Assembly: GCA_964276515.1 (NCBI GenBank) | Contig: OZ193909.1 | Span: 434,001-498,000, forward strand | Length of the DNA: 64,000 bases | Direction of reading: 5' to 3' | Origin: Gordius albopunctatus | Lineage: Eukaryota | Shown here: in pieces, positions 1 through 13,400 of the stretch | Layout: each line of letters starts with the position of its first letter | Position numbering within the stretch: position 1 is the stretch's first letter | The notes under the pieces: model-generated | What the model saw: only the letters and a program-made list of their open reading frames with translations | What the model was told of the DNA's origin: nothing | The model's database searches: none | Position numbers and translations under genes: made by a program

Positions 1-2629
1 AATACAAATGTGGGATTGGAGGTTAGATGGGAAGAACATGGGAAAATAATTAAAAGCGGAAATTGAATTTTTGTCGATTATTTAAGAAAAAATGGGGCTA
101 ATTTAATTTCGTATTTTAGCGGAGGAAAAATATTTTGGTATTAAATATTAATTATTTCCTCCGCTATTTATATACAGCTTATAATAATTAATAGAGAAGG
201 CTAAAAAATCAATAAATTTTGGAAATTTTAAACAAAATAGAATAATTGTTTTTAAAAGTAAATATATCAAAAGTTCCGCCTGAATTGAAATATAATTGAA
301 TTAAATATCTCTCCTTTATCAACCATTTTAAAGCACTTTAAATATCTAAAACTATTATTATAATTTAATTTTTGAAATGTTTGTTATAAAAAAAATCAAA
401 ATTTTTATAATATTTACTTTTTAATATTATTTTAAAAAATCGGTCATAATTATTTTTGGGGAAATCTTAAAGATCAAAAAGGATTTTTATTAAAGAGTAG
501 GATTGTTTTTATCCTATTTTTCTAAGCTATTTACAAATCATCGCGGATTAATGTATCAATTTCGTTAAAATACACTTTGATGAATAAATTAATTTGAGTA
601 TCTGTTGTTTGAATGATCTTTAAATTATTTTTACATTGCATTAATAACATATCAATCATTATATTAAGTCATTCTAATATCAATATAATAGCTGATGAAC
701 CGTAAAAAATTATATTTTTAAACTAGTTTATTTATAAAAATTAACCAATATTTATTTCATACAAAAAAATTTCACAAAATTAATAATATTTTCTATTAAA
801 AAAATTTAAAAAATGTTAAAAATCGTTTAATTTAATTGTTTTTCTTAATAGTTTTAAAATGTCAATAAAAAAAATATTAATAAAGACATTGTTTGTCAGC
901 TATATATTTTTAAAAAGTCTTTTAAGGGAAAAAATAATTTTTATTATATTAGGTCACTCATATACAATTGAGAAAAAGCTTTTGAATTTCAAAGATTTCT
1001 AATTTCTTAAAACTTTTTAAATTTTTATTTTATTAAATCTTTTCTTTCCCAATTTTTTAAAGATTTTCTTTGTTTTTAATGGCCCATTTTCGAGAATATA
1101 ATAATTTAATTTAAGAAAAAATCAATTGTCACCCTCTCAAAACGATTTGGCATGCTATGACATCTGAATATTAAAAAGGCAGGGTTTTTGTAAATAATTC
1201 TTTTTAAAAAAGTTAAAAACTATTTTACATTTCAAAAATCACCCCGATCAATATAGTTGTATATCGAAACTATTTTTTACCAAATATCAATTAAAGTAAT
1301 AAAAAATTTCAAAATGTTTTTCCAATTTTTACGAAATTCTTAGAGATAGTTATGAAAAAAGGGCATTATTATTCAAGAAATGTCCAAATTTTAACGACTT
1401 GGCACATTAATGAGGGTTATTTTTGTGGAAAAATTATAAATTAAAACCACATTTCTAGGCTTTATGAAAAGTCAAAAGCAAATATAACATTTTTTATAAA
1501 TCGCAAACAAATCCTTAAAAGTATTAAAAATGAAACTTTTCATCTTTTCCCCCTTTTTTAAACCGCGATAATTGAAAATTAATATTAAATTGCAAATCTT
1601 AGAAAAATGGCTAAAAATAGTTGGTATTCATAACCAAGCAAAATCCTTGGGGATTTACTAGTGACAAAATTTTATTAGCAAAGTGCAAAACATTGCTTAT
1701 TTATAATGTTTAAAATAATAAATAAGAAATTAGTGTAAAACAAGTTTTCAGAATAAATACTTAAAAAATATTATAAATAATGCTTGTTTATAAATAAAAA
1801 AAATTTAATAGACCTTTTCCAAAAAATATTATTAAATACAATTTTAATTGATAAATAATTATTTCCTTAAAGTAAATTAAAATTATGAAATCAATAAATA
1901 AAAATTTTTGAGTTTGTTGTAAAAGCATAATAATTATAGAGTAATTATAGTTAAAAGGAAAGTTTTTTTTGCTGTCGTCAAATGTAATTTATGCAATGTA
2001 ACATTATCATGTAAACATATTATATATTTTATTAACTTATCGATTTATATAATTTAAAGTATTCTTCAATTTTAAAAATTGAAAAATTTTATATTAGTTA
2101 GGGGAAATTTTAAAATTAAATTAAAATATATGTATAAAAATGATTAAATAAGTATTAAAAAGGATGGGAAAACGCTTTTTAGATTTCCCCTATATGTTTA
2201 GTGCCAAAATATTAATAACTTTATAAATTTTATATATAATTGCTTATATTTCCCGTTGAAACTTTAAATTATATTATTTTGTAAACTATTTTTGAAATGA
2301 ATTTTAAATACTATTAAATATATTTATAAGTAATAATTGTTGTAAAAATATTTTTTAGCTTTTCAAAAAAAAATTAGTATTATTAAAAAACATAAATTAA
2401 TTTTTCAAAATTAAAATTAGTTTTTTAATAAAGGTATGTTCCAAAAGTGTTGTTAAATCTATTAATGAATAATTATAAAATTAAAAATATTCAACTTTGA
2501 AAGTATACATTAATTTTATATAACGTATTTAATAGAATATTATTTTACTAAATTAAAAAAAATAATTAAAAAATAAATAATTATGTCTTTTTCTCAGATT
2601 ACTAATAAATTATTAAGAGAACAAATTAT

Positions 2630-3068
2630 TGTGCTCAGTATTTAATTCAATTTTTGCTCAGTGGAATAATCAATTGCTCAGTAGAATAATTGTATGGTCA
2701 ATAAAATATTAAAATGCTCAGGAAATAATTTAATGTTCATTATTTTAATTATTTGCTTAGTAATTAATTCATTTGTTCGGGAAACCAACGGGACAAAAAA
2801 AGAAGGGGGGCAAAATTCTTAATTTATTTTAAAAAAATTGTATACCAATTAAAATATTATTTATAAAATACAAGCGTAAAATAAATTAATATCACAAATT
2901 ATTAATTTATATTACTGAGCATTTTAGCAAAAATACTGAGCATTTTTTAATCTATAGCTGAGCATTTTAAAGTTAATTTACTGGGCAATTTCGAATTTTT
3001 AACTGGGTACTTTAATAAAATACTGAGCACATTTTACTGAGAATTTCTTAATTTATTACTGAGCATTT
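2630..3068. repeat. Foldback/MITE-like element built from inverted arrays of a TGCTCAGTA motif
   Basis: About 5 TGCTCAGTA-like copies at 2632-2761 face about 6 reverse-complement TACTGAGCA-like copies at 2913-3066; the same motif array recurs at ~31974-32093. Confidence 0.6.
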
Positions 3069-4140
3069 AAATGACATGAATAAATTAATGTTTTACATTC
3101 GAATTGATTGACTTTGCAATTTCCAAATAATACTTTTAAATAAAATCAAGTTAAAATAAAATATTTAAAAAATATTAATAGACAAGGAACCCTTATTCAA
3201 ACTTAAAATATTCAACAAAAACAGATTTATTTAATATTATTTCCTTAAATTCGTAATGAAAAATTCTACAAAATATTAATTGAGAACATAAACTTTTAAT
3301 AAATTTATTTAAAATTAGTTTTCAAAAAAATAAAATTTAATCAAGCTGTAAAAATAAATGCAAATAAATGTAGGTAACACTAATCAGTTTTAATTAATTA
3401 AACAAATTAGATAATTTTACCCAAATTTTGTGCTTGTCAACCATGAAGAAAATATTTCCGACATTTATTTAATTAATCAAAATAAATTTTTATTATAAAC
3501 AAGAACGCGAACATTTTTAATTATAAATAAAATTTTGAAGTTATATTATTTTTACCAATTTTAACGATTTTTTTAAACATTTTTTTGTCAAAACATAAAT
3601 TTTATTCTAAATCCTAAATTAGATTTGAACTGATTAATTGTGTTAGGTGAAGGCAAGGTTACTGCTGGCATACAAAATTCCAAAAGCTGATCCAAAATAG
3701 CAATAAAGAAAACTTTATTGAATTTTATATTGCAACTTTCTTAGAATTTACCATCAATTCATACAAGCTATTTTTGTAAATCCTCTAGGATTTTATAGCG
3801 AATTATAAAATGGAAAATCCACTTGATCAAAATGAGATTCGACAAATTTTTTCAATTTTTTTAATTTTTTTAAATTAAAATAATTATATTTTGTTCTCCT
3901 TTTGTGAATTTCGATAATTTTGAAGCGCTAAGCAGGTCTCCTTCTTAAAGGCAATCAAAAGGTAATTGCAGAGGTCTGCAAAATATTTCAAGCTTCATCA
4001 GGCTAAAAAATATCAAATAAACCCAAAATTAAATAAAAGGTCATAGAAATTACTAGAGGACAAATGAACATGTCCGATAATAGAATGTCGAATTAAAACA
4101 AAATAGTTTGGAAAAACTATATAGTGTTTATTAAAGTTTA

Positions 4141-4636
4141 CCCCGAACACTACCTACGAGGGTCTCAAGTCCGTGTGCAAAAAGTGGAGGACTGCTAGGT
4201 TGGAAACCGGTTATAAAAACCAACTCCAAAATCATGATAGTTTCAAACAAACTTTACAACATTGGCTGGGTTACTGCCCGACTCAAAACGAAGGCGTTTA
4301 AGGTAATTAGTTGTGGAAAGAATGCGAACAACGTGCTGTATTGTGGGAACGTTGACAGGAAAGAGCATCGAGGTCACACAAATGCTTCAAAGAAGAAAAA
4401 TACACATCGCCTGCCTACAAGAGACGAGGTGAAACGGGACCAAAGCTCAGGAAATAGGAGAAGGATACAAACTATTCTACAGTGGGTCATCAAATCATAG
4501 AAACTGGGTCCGTATTGTTCTATGCGAATAGTTCAAGGACATGGTCGTGGAATTTAAGATTTGTTCAGCAGGCAAATGTGGGTGAAGATTGCAGATCAAC
4601 AGGGCCTCTAATTGTTATGTGCGCGTATGCTCCCCA
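4141..4636 (+). mobile_element. Decayed 5' part of an RTE-clade non-LTR retrotransposon (AP endonuclease)
   Basis: Frame from ATG 4322 reads MRTTCCIVGTLTGKSIEVTQMLQRRKIHIACLQETR*NGTKAQEIGEGYKLFYSG, with AYAP at ~4622-4635. These are typical RTE AP-endonuclease motifs, interrupted by stops. Confidence 0.85.
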
Positions 4637-5085
4637 TAATATATACTGATTAAAAATTTCTCCTGTTTTATTAAAAATATTAAATAAATGTTAAAATCCA
4701 AATGGCAAACTTTTATAATTTTTTAAAACTTTAATACACAAACTTTTTAAAGATTTAGAGGGACACGACCTCTCATTGACAATATAAAGATTAATTCACA
4801 AAGATAACATTTTTATGGCAGGTGCAGACTAAAAAAACTATAAATAAATTTAATGTATAGAAAAATTTAATTTTATTGTTCTAGCAAATTCAAAAATTTG
4901 TATCAAATTGACTGTATCTGTCAACTATAAATAGAACTAGAAAATTATTAGTTCGCTTATAGTTGACTTAGTTGCATAATTGAGCACATTGAGACCCTTT
5001 ATTAACCCTGGCTAAAGCTTAAAAGTAGACCTTAACATATTTAAGGCAAACGTTTAAGTCCATTCATATTACCATCATCAATAGG

Positions 5086-5597
5086 GCGAAGTATATCCGG
5101 TGTAATGTGCGACAAGAAAATGCCAATATGGTTGAAGAGCAAAGCTTACAAATCCATCTTAAGACCGGTGTTACTCTATGGAAGTGAAACATGGGCATTA
5201 AACACCACGGAAGGAAAGCTATTACAAGCCACGGAGATGAGAATGATACGGTGGAGCTTGGGGTATACTAAGCTCGACCATATGACGAATGACTTTCTCA
5301 TGACAAAAATGGGTATTCAACCTATGGCGGACATGATTAACGAAAATCGGCTAAGGTGGTATGGGCATATACTAAGAAGGGACCCGGATGACGTAAATCG
5401 AAAAGTGCTAGATATGAAAATACCGGGGAAGAGAGGAAGAGGACGACCCCGTGTCACGTGGAAAAGGCAAGTCGATAAAGTTATGGAAACTAAAGAGATT
5501 AGTCAAGACATGGCACAAACCCGGTCAAGATGGAAGAGACTCATCAAAACAAACCCCACCAATGTGGGACCAAATAACTGATAAAGAAGAAGAAGAA
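5086..5597 (+). mobile_element. 5'-truncated RTE retrotransposon 3' end with (GAA)n tail
   Basis: ORF 5105-5581 has RTE C-terminal motifs (RPVLLYGSETW, RLRWYGHILRR, KRGRGRPRVTW), followed by AAAGAAGAAGAAGAA. Confidence 0.9.
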
Positions 5598-5959
5598 TTA
5601 TAGCCCAGAGTGTTTATTGCATGTTTACTAGAGCGTTATAAACCACAAAGTGCGAGTGACTTTTAATGATAATATTATTATTTACAGAATGGATAACTAG
5701 TTGCACATATTAAAACGTTGTAAAAACAACAATAAAAGCTGCATTATTATATCACTGTCCATCGCGATTTAATATGGTTGTGCCTGAGAAAACAAAATAT
5801 CCCTTACGCATATATATGGCTTATGTAAAATATTAAAGAAGCCTCAAACTCTTGCGTTAGAACGATCTTATCCTGGTTGAAATTGGATTATATCAAATAC
5901 CTACTCTAAGTTTCTTTTTATTTAATATAATTATGGACACGGTAATGAAAGACATTCAA

Positions 5960-6700
5960 AAGCCATCGCCATGTTGTATACTAAATGCCGATGATATATT
6001 ACTATGCGAGGAGTCAAAGGAGAAAGTATATAAAAAATCATAAAAGTGGTCAGTGCGAGATATGGATTATAGGTCAACGATCGAAAAACGAGATACATGG
6101 ATATGAACTTTACAGACACTCCCTCGCTACATGACTATCTAAAGTACTTTAAAATAACAGCTTTTAATACCTCGGCTCGAAGTTACATCAAGAGGAAGGT
6201 TGCACAACAAAAGTCAATGCCTGGATTCAAAAAGGATGGAATAGCGAAGTATATCCGATGTAATGTGCGACAAGAAAATGCCAACATGGTTGATGTTACT
6301 CTATGGAAGTTAAACAAGGGCATTAAACATCACGGAAGAAAAACTATTACAAGCCGCAGAAATGTGAATAAAACAGTGGATCTTGGGGTATACTAAGCTC
6401 CACCATATGACGAATTACTCTCTCATAAGATAATGGGTATTTAGCCTATGGCGGACATGATTAATGAAAATCGGATAAGTTGGTATGAGCATATACTAAG
6501 ATGGAGACGAATGATGTAAATGGCTGGACATGGAGATACAGAGGAAGAGAACGACCTCGTGCCACGTGAAAATGATCAGTCGATAAAGTTATAAAAACAA
6601 AAGAGATTAATAAAGACATGGCACCTATCCGATCAAGATGGAAGTAACTCATCAAAGCAAACCCCACTACTGTGGGATTAAATATTGATAAAGAAGAAGA
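5960..6700 (+). mobile_element. Second, older copy of the same RTE family (RT to 3' tail)
   Basis: Aligns by eye with 5086-5597 from ~6244 onward with deletions and frameshifts; ADDILL (RT YADD-region) at ~5986; ends GATAAAGAAGAAGA at ~6700. Confidence 0.85.
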
Positions 6701-7466
6701 TTAAGGTTTAACTCGATTTGACTCGACACTTTATTTAAATGATGTTGTCAGGCATAGGGGTGCTCGTGAGAGTTTTTATATATTAAATGTCTGTGGCAAA
6801 TTAATATTTGGTCTTACAGAGAAATCTTTTACCAGTCCTTTTGAGCCGAGTTTACAGGCCGGGTCGTGAATACAGACCCCTGCTTTATTGACAGCCTATC
6901 CGTAACGTATTCGCAGGGTTAAAACACAAGATTATTGACTAACACACAAAGACACTTTTATAAAACAAAACCGCTTTATATCGTAAATATTCAGGTGTCT
7001 AGAACGAAATATACATAATACTGTGTTCAAATTGGTAACAAATAATCAAGAAACTATAGTCGCAGACTAGAGTGTATTTTTAAATTAGATAAATCGTCAA
7101 CATTATATTAAGCCCACACTACATTTCCTAGATTGTTTTACTATCATATATTAGTAACATGAAATAATCATATATGCTACATTCATATAAATAAAACTAT
7201 TTTAATTATTATATATTTAACTAGCCATTTTTAATGTTGTTATAACTCCTAAAACATGTTAGATTTATTAATAAAAAATTTGTTTTATTATTCTGAAAAA
7301 TATTTTAGATTAATTAAGTATAAAACCACTATTGATTTATGAATTAGCTTCCATATTTTTTGTACCTCTGTGGCATCTTTCTGAAATCCCAAGAAAGCAT
7401 ATGATTGGTTAATAATTCGCAAAAATTTGAAATTCTAACGTATAAATATTGCTTGTATTATTAAAA

Positions 7467-10400
7467 ATGGTTAAAATAAAAAATGATAAAACACACAATC
7501 AGAATATTCAAGTTGCAGTTAGATGCAGGTAATTTTATAATTTCAAATAATTATAACTATATTAGACCAATAAACCCATATGAAAGGAGATTGGGCTCCT
7601 ATGATTGTATTGAATTTAATTCCGACAGGAAAGAAATACTTATAAAAGATAAAGCAGTTAACAAAACGTTTACATTTGATAAAGTTTTCAATCCTTCTGT
7701 GCCACAAATTGAAGTTTATCAATCAATAGTTACACCCATACTTGAGGAAGTATTATTAGGATACAATTGCACAATTTTTGCGTAAGTCATTACATCTTAA
7801 TTTAATTGTGTATTGACCCCACATCTTATTTCTCATATTATACAGTTACTTTGCAAAATATTTATTATTTTTCTAAGTTATACACTTCTTTTAGGTATGG
7901 GCAAACTGGGACTGGCAAAACATATACAATGGAGGGAGAGAGGCTTGATGGTAAGGATGATTCCTTAGGCATAGATCCATCTACTGGAATTATACCAAGA
8001 ACTTTAAATGACTTATTTGAAAAGCTTAGGGAGCAAGTATGTAAATTTACATTTGACTAATATAACTATTGTGTTAGGATTGTGAATATTCTGTCAGAGT
8101 TTCATTTTTAGAGCTTTACAATGAAGAATTATTTGACCTATTAGCAATGGGTAATGAAAATACAAAGCTTAGAATTTTTGAAGATGCAACTAGAAAAGGA
8201 TCAGTTGTAGTTCATGTATGTTTATTGAAATATATAAAATCATTTTTTTAAAGTTATAATATAATTTTTAATTAAATTTTATTTGAAAATAGGGTTTGGA
8301 AGAAATTACAGTTCATAATAAATTTGAAGTTTATCAAATCTTGCAGAGGGGTGCTCATAGGAGGCAAACTGCTGCAACATTATTAAATGCCCAGTCCAGG
8401 TTACATACAAATCAAATCCTTAAATTCAAATTTTTAATTTAATATTAAATCTTTTTTTATTTAAATGAATTTAAAATTTTTTACTATTTTATTATAACTT
8501 TGTTTGATGTAAAATAAACATGCATTTTTTTAAATATGAATAACCTAAAAAATATATGATCGCAAGATATTGTAATCTTATTTTATATAGTCGATCACAT
8601 TCTGTATTCTCAATTACAATACACATCAAGGAGAATGACATGGAGGGAGAAGAACTATTAAAAATTGGAAAACTTAATTTGGTAAAAATATCAAAAAACA
8701 TACAATTATCATATAAAATTCTAGTTTTCTCTGATTTTTATTCTTGTAAATTTTAATAAAATTATTTCTACATGGTAAAATTTACCCAATATAATGCATC
8801 TTTAGAGTAATAATTATATAATATTTTGTTAAAAACTATTTATTATTATTTCTTGTTATCTTTATTAATGATTGCAGTTATATGGATCTATATACACTTG
8901 TTTTTATTCAAATTTTGTAAACAAAATTAAATATTCGTTTTTTTGTGATGATTAGGTTGATTTGGCAGGCAGTGAAAATGTAAGCAGATCCGGTGCTGTT
9001 GATAAAAGATTAAGAGAAGCAGGGAATATAAATCAAAGTTTACTCACTTTGGGTCGAGTTATTAATGCCTTGGTTGATAGATCACTCCACATTCCTTACA
9101 GGTTTTCCTTTTATTACAATAATATTTTTTTAATTACTTATATCAAATTTTACAATAATATTCTAGTTATTATAAATCTTTAAGCTTTATTAATATGGAA
9201 ATTATGAAATTCTTTGCAAATGACATTTTAATTTTTATTAATATATCCCCATTTTTATAATTGAAAAGTGATAAAAGTCTAAAAAAAACTAAGCAATCAT
9301 GTAAAAAAATTTGGAATTTGAAAAATCTTCTCCCATTATATTTATGATAGTTATGATTGAATAAATGTTTGTGAATTGGATACATATTACTACTATTCTT
9401 AATGGTAAATAATTCCATTTTTCGTAGCCCAGTAAGGGCTCCTGAAAAGCATATAAAAGCATTGCATGTTTTTATGGTGGGACTTTTTTTTCGTAGAGAC
9501 TCTAATGTGGCATTAGATATTTAATACTTGTTATGGGGTGTTGTTAGCTAGTTGTTATTGTCAACACAACACATACGCATAATAACTAACGACGCGCCAT
9601 GGGCTAATAATAAAGATTAAAACTGGTGAGAATGTCGGTTGTGGGTAGCTAGAAGATAAGGCACACGCGGCGGTGCTATAAAATCAACTACGCTCTCGCT
9701 CCACAGTACATCTAAGATTTAGGACCAAAGGGGAGAGTATCATTTAAAAGACCTTACACAGGGACTAAGTCTGTTTACTATATTGTAAAGAACCGCCTGG
9801 GTTTTTTTGGGTGACCTTTGGATTTAGGACTAAAGATTTTTTGCTCTCTTTTCCTTAGTTGGCTACGAGGCTTGGTCGAAATTTGGAAAAAGAGCACAGT
9901 GTCGACAGTTAGTCTCTCTTAGTTAAGCAAAGATCGACTAAGCAAAACCCAGTCGTTTCTTTACAACACTACTATTTACTCTTCTAAACAGCTTAGGAGG
10001 AATAGAGGGCCGAGAAATGAGAACAACGAAGGTTAAATAAAAGGGTTGGGGGGGGCGGGGATGATGATAAATTTTTTGGGAAAAGGGATATTTTTTCCTA
10101 AATGTTTGGACTGTGTGAATCGTAGGGAAAGCAAGTTGACTCGCATATTACAAGATTCCCTGGGCGGCCGAACCAAAACTTCCATAATAGCCACGATCTC
10201 GCCGGCTTACATGAATTTGGAGGAGACGCTGAGCACTTTGGATTACGCTCACCGAGCCAAAAACATCACGAATCGACCCGAAGTTAATCAAAAACTCAGC
10301 AAAAAGGCTTTGCTCAAAGTAAAGTTTTGTGGCTCCGTGTGCATTCACTATTTATATCATTGTCACCGATAGTCTCAAATTTCGTTCATAATGTGAATCC

Positions 10401-13400
10401 TTTTAATAATGAAGAAAGCCCACTATACTATTTTTATGCTATTGTTGGGGTTAATATTGTTAAAAATTATATTTGAGTCGGGTTGGGTCAAGCTAGTTCG
10501 TGTTTATACACTAAGAGACACCTCTATCCTCAGTTTTCAAAATGTTTATTATACTAATCAAAAAATATTAAGAAGGATTTAAATATATAGTTATTGCCTA
10601 GTTTTTTATTTCGCACAGGCAGAATTGATGAATTTGAACCTGGCCGAATAAAAATTACGAAATTGAGTCTTTTGGAGAAGAAATTTACATTTGATGACAT
10701 GGAGGCAAATAGCAGCCATTTCACTGCAAAATAATTTATTAAATGCTGCTATGCACTTTATGGTCTTTTCTTTTATTCACTATTTTTGCCATGAGACAGT
10801 ATCAAAATGCTCTGGTTTTTAGACCACTTGTTTTCGACTGAGTCATAATTTCCAATTTTTTGGAAGAATGCAAATAGTTCAACACCATTTTTATGTTTTT
10901 ATGGGGCATTTTTGTGTAGGAATATACAGAGGAATTGGAGAGATTGAGGAAGGATTTAGCTGCTTCGAGGGAAAAGAATGGTATTTACTTGGCAGAAGAA
11001 AATTACAACGCCCTAACTTCGGATCTAAACGCTAAGATGGTGGAAAATGAGGAATTACAAGATCGAATTTCAGCTATTCTAGAGGAACAAAATAAGGTGC
11101 AAAATATCGTTTGGTTTATACTTTTTCTCACCAAATTTTAGAATTGTCTTGCCAAATGACAACTCTAAACTTTTGAGAGAAAAACTATAGCTCACATTAT
11201 ATAATTCTTTATTATTAAATTTAATTATGAAACTTAATGTTTGTATAATTTTTGATTTTATAACATAGTTGAATTTTGATGTGCTTTGTTAAAAGGAATT
11301 CTTTAAGATTTCAAGTAGTTGAAAGTTTTAGTGATAAAATTTTCGTTTTCTATCTTATTATTGTTCTTAAGTTACAAACCATTGAACCAAACAGAGTAAT
11401 TTATGAGGCAATTTAAGTTTTACAGCTATTCAAAGTTTTCTACTTTGATTTTTAGCTCAATATTTTTTGATAGCTAAATTTTTAGCCAAATTTAATAAAA
11501 TTTGACATTAATTTATGAAAAAAGTTTTGTTGGTTGTTAATAATAGTGTTTAAAGAGTTTTTTTTTTATTTTTCCACTAAATGTAAACTTAATTATAATA
11601 TATTATCTAGTCCTTGTAGCAGTTTAATTTTTATCATATCTACAAATATGTGGTCATTATCTAGTTATAAACACCAATTATACCAGTGTAAAAAATTTTT
11701 GGTAAGATTTTATTGTATAGAATTGCTTATATCAAGAGATGGCTTTTTTAATTTACAAATTTTTAGCCGACAGGTTTATTGGTGGCATTTGCCCCCCCCC
11801 ACTTCTGATCAGGAATTAAGTAGATCCCTAGCCATACAAGAAAATTAATGTAATTTTTCTAGAAATTGTTTATGATTGCAGACGCTCAACATATTTTGTT
11901 CGTTAAGAAATTAAAAAATTTTGAATTTCATCATTAACACTACTGAATTTCAATCGTCCTGACAATTTTAAAGTTTTCCGAATCCTCTCGCCAACTTATT
12001 TAGTTGCTCCACATAACCTTCCAAAGCGTGACGGATGTGAACGGGCTTCACGCTAAAATCGAGCGCAAAACTCAGGTGGAAACTTACAACGAGAGAATCA
12101 AGAGGGACGCCTTGTCCAGCTTGGACAATTGTTTCAACACCATGGTACGGGGCATGACGGAATGTCGCCAGATGCAGTCTCAAATATCTAACATCATAAA
12201 CACCTCACACGGTAATTTTATCAACTTTTAAAGGTGGATATTTTTAGTTTAAAATAAGAAAGTCCGGAAAATTGCGAGTTTAGCGATGTAAAATGAACAA
12301 TTTCTTATGAAGATTTGTCTAACTTTTATATTATACGTAATTTTAAGTTATTATTGGTATAAATTATTAATTGCTATGCAATTTATGGGCTCGTTTTTGG
12401 TTGTCCGTCGTCCGTCCGTCGTCCACCAAGTTATTTACACCAGCTTCCCGACCTGGAGGTTGCGGGTTCGAGACCCGGAGAGGACAAAATTTTTTTTTTA
12501 AATTAAATTAATATTTTGTTCTTGTTAATACTATTGATAATATGACTTTTTGACCGTCCGCAGGCTACTGACCAATGAAAAAATGACCACTGGCCAGATA
12601 AATCGAAATTTTTAATTTTTCGTTTTTGAATAGTTTAACATTGATAATTACCCTATGCCCTCCCCTACAAGGGCCTATGGCTCTATTTATATGGTTCCCT
12701 GTTCCCCTCCAAAGGCTTATGCCTCTATTTAATGTGGGTTTGAATCCCGGCGAACGTTCCAAATTGATGGTTCGAGACCCGGAGAGGACAAAAAATTTTA
12801 TTTTTTTTAAATTAAATTAATATATTGTTCTTGTTAATACCATTGATAATATGAATTTTTGACCGTCCGCAGGCTACTGACCAATGAAAAAATGACCGCT
12901 GGCCAGATAAATCGAAATTTTTAATTTTTCGTTTTTGAATAGTTTAACATTGATAATTACCCTATGCCCTCCCCTACAAGGGCCTATGGCTCTATTTATA
13001 TGGTTCCCTGTTCCCCTCCAAAGGCCTATGCCTCTATTTAATGTGGGTTCGAATCCCGGAGAGGGCAAAATTTTTATTTTTTTAATTAATTTAATATTTT
13101 GTTCTTGTTAATACTATTGATAATATGACTTTTTGACCGTCCGCAGGCTACTGACCAATGAAAAAATGACCACTGGCCAGATAAATCGAAATTTTTAATT
13201 TTTCGTTTTTGAATAGTTTAACATTGATAATTACCCTATGCCCTCCCCTACAAGGGCCTATGGCTCTATTTATATGGTTCCCTGTTCCCCTCCAAAGGCT
13301 TATGCCTCTATTTAATGTGGGTTCGAATCCCGGAGAGGGCAAAATTTTTTTTTTTAAATTAAATTAATATTTTGTTCTTGTTAATACTATTGATAATATG

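Noticed and set aside
1..2600. Possible gene in the very AT-rich first 2.6 kb
   Set aside because: No ORF in the track and no exon chain or motif that I could recognise on either strand.
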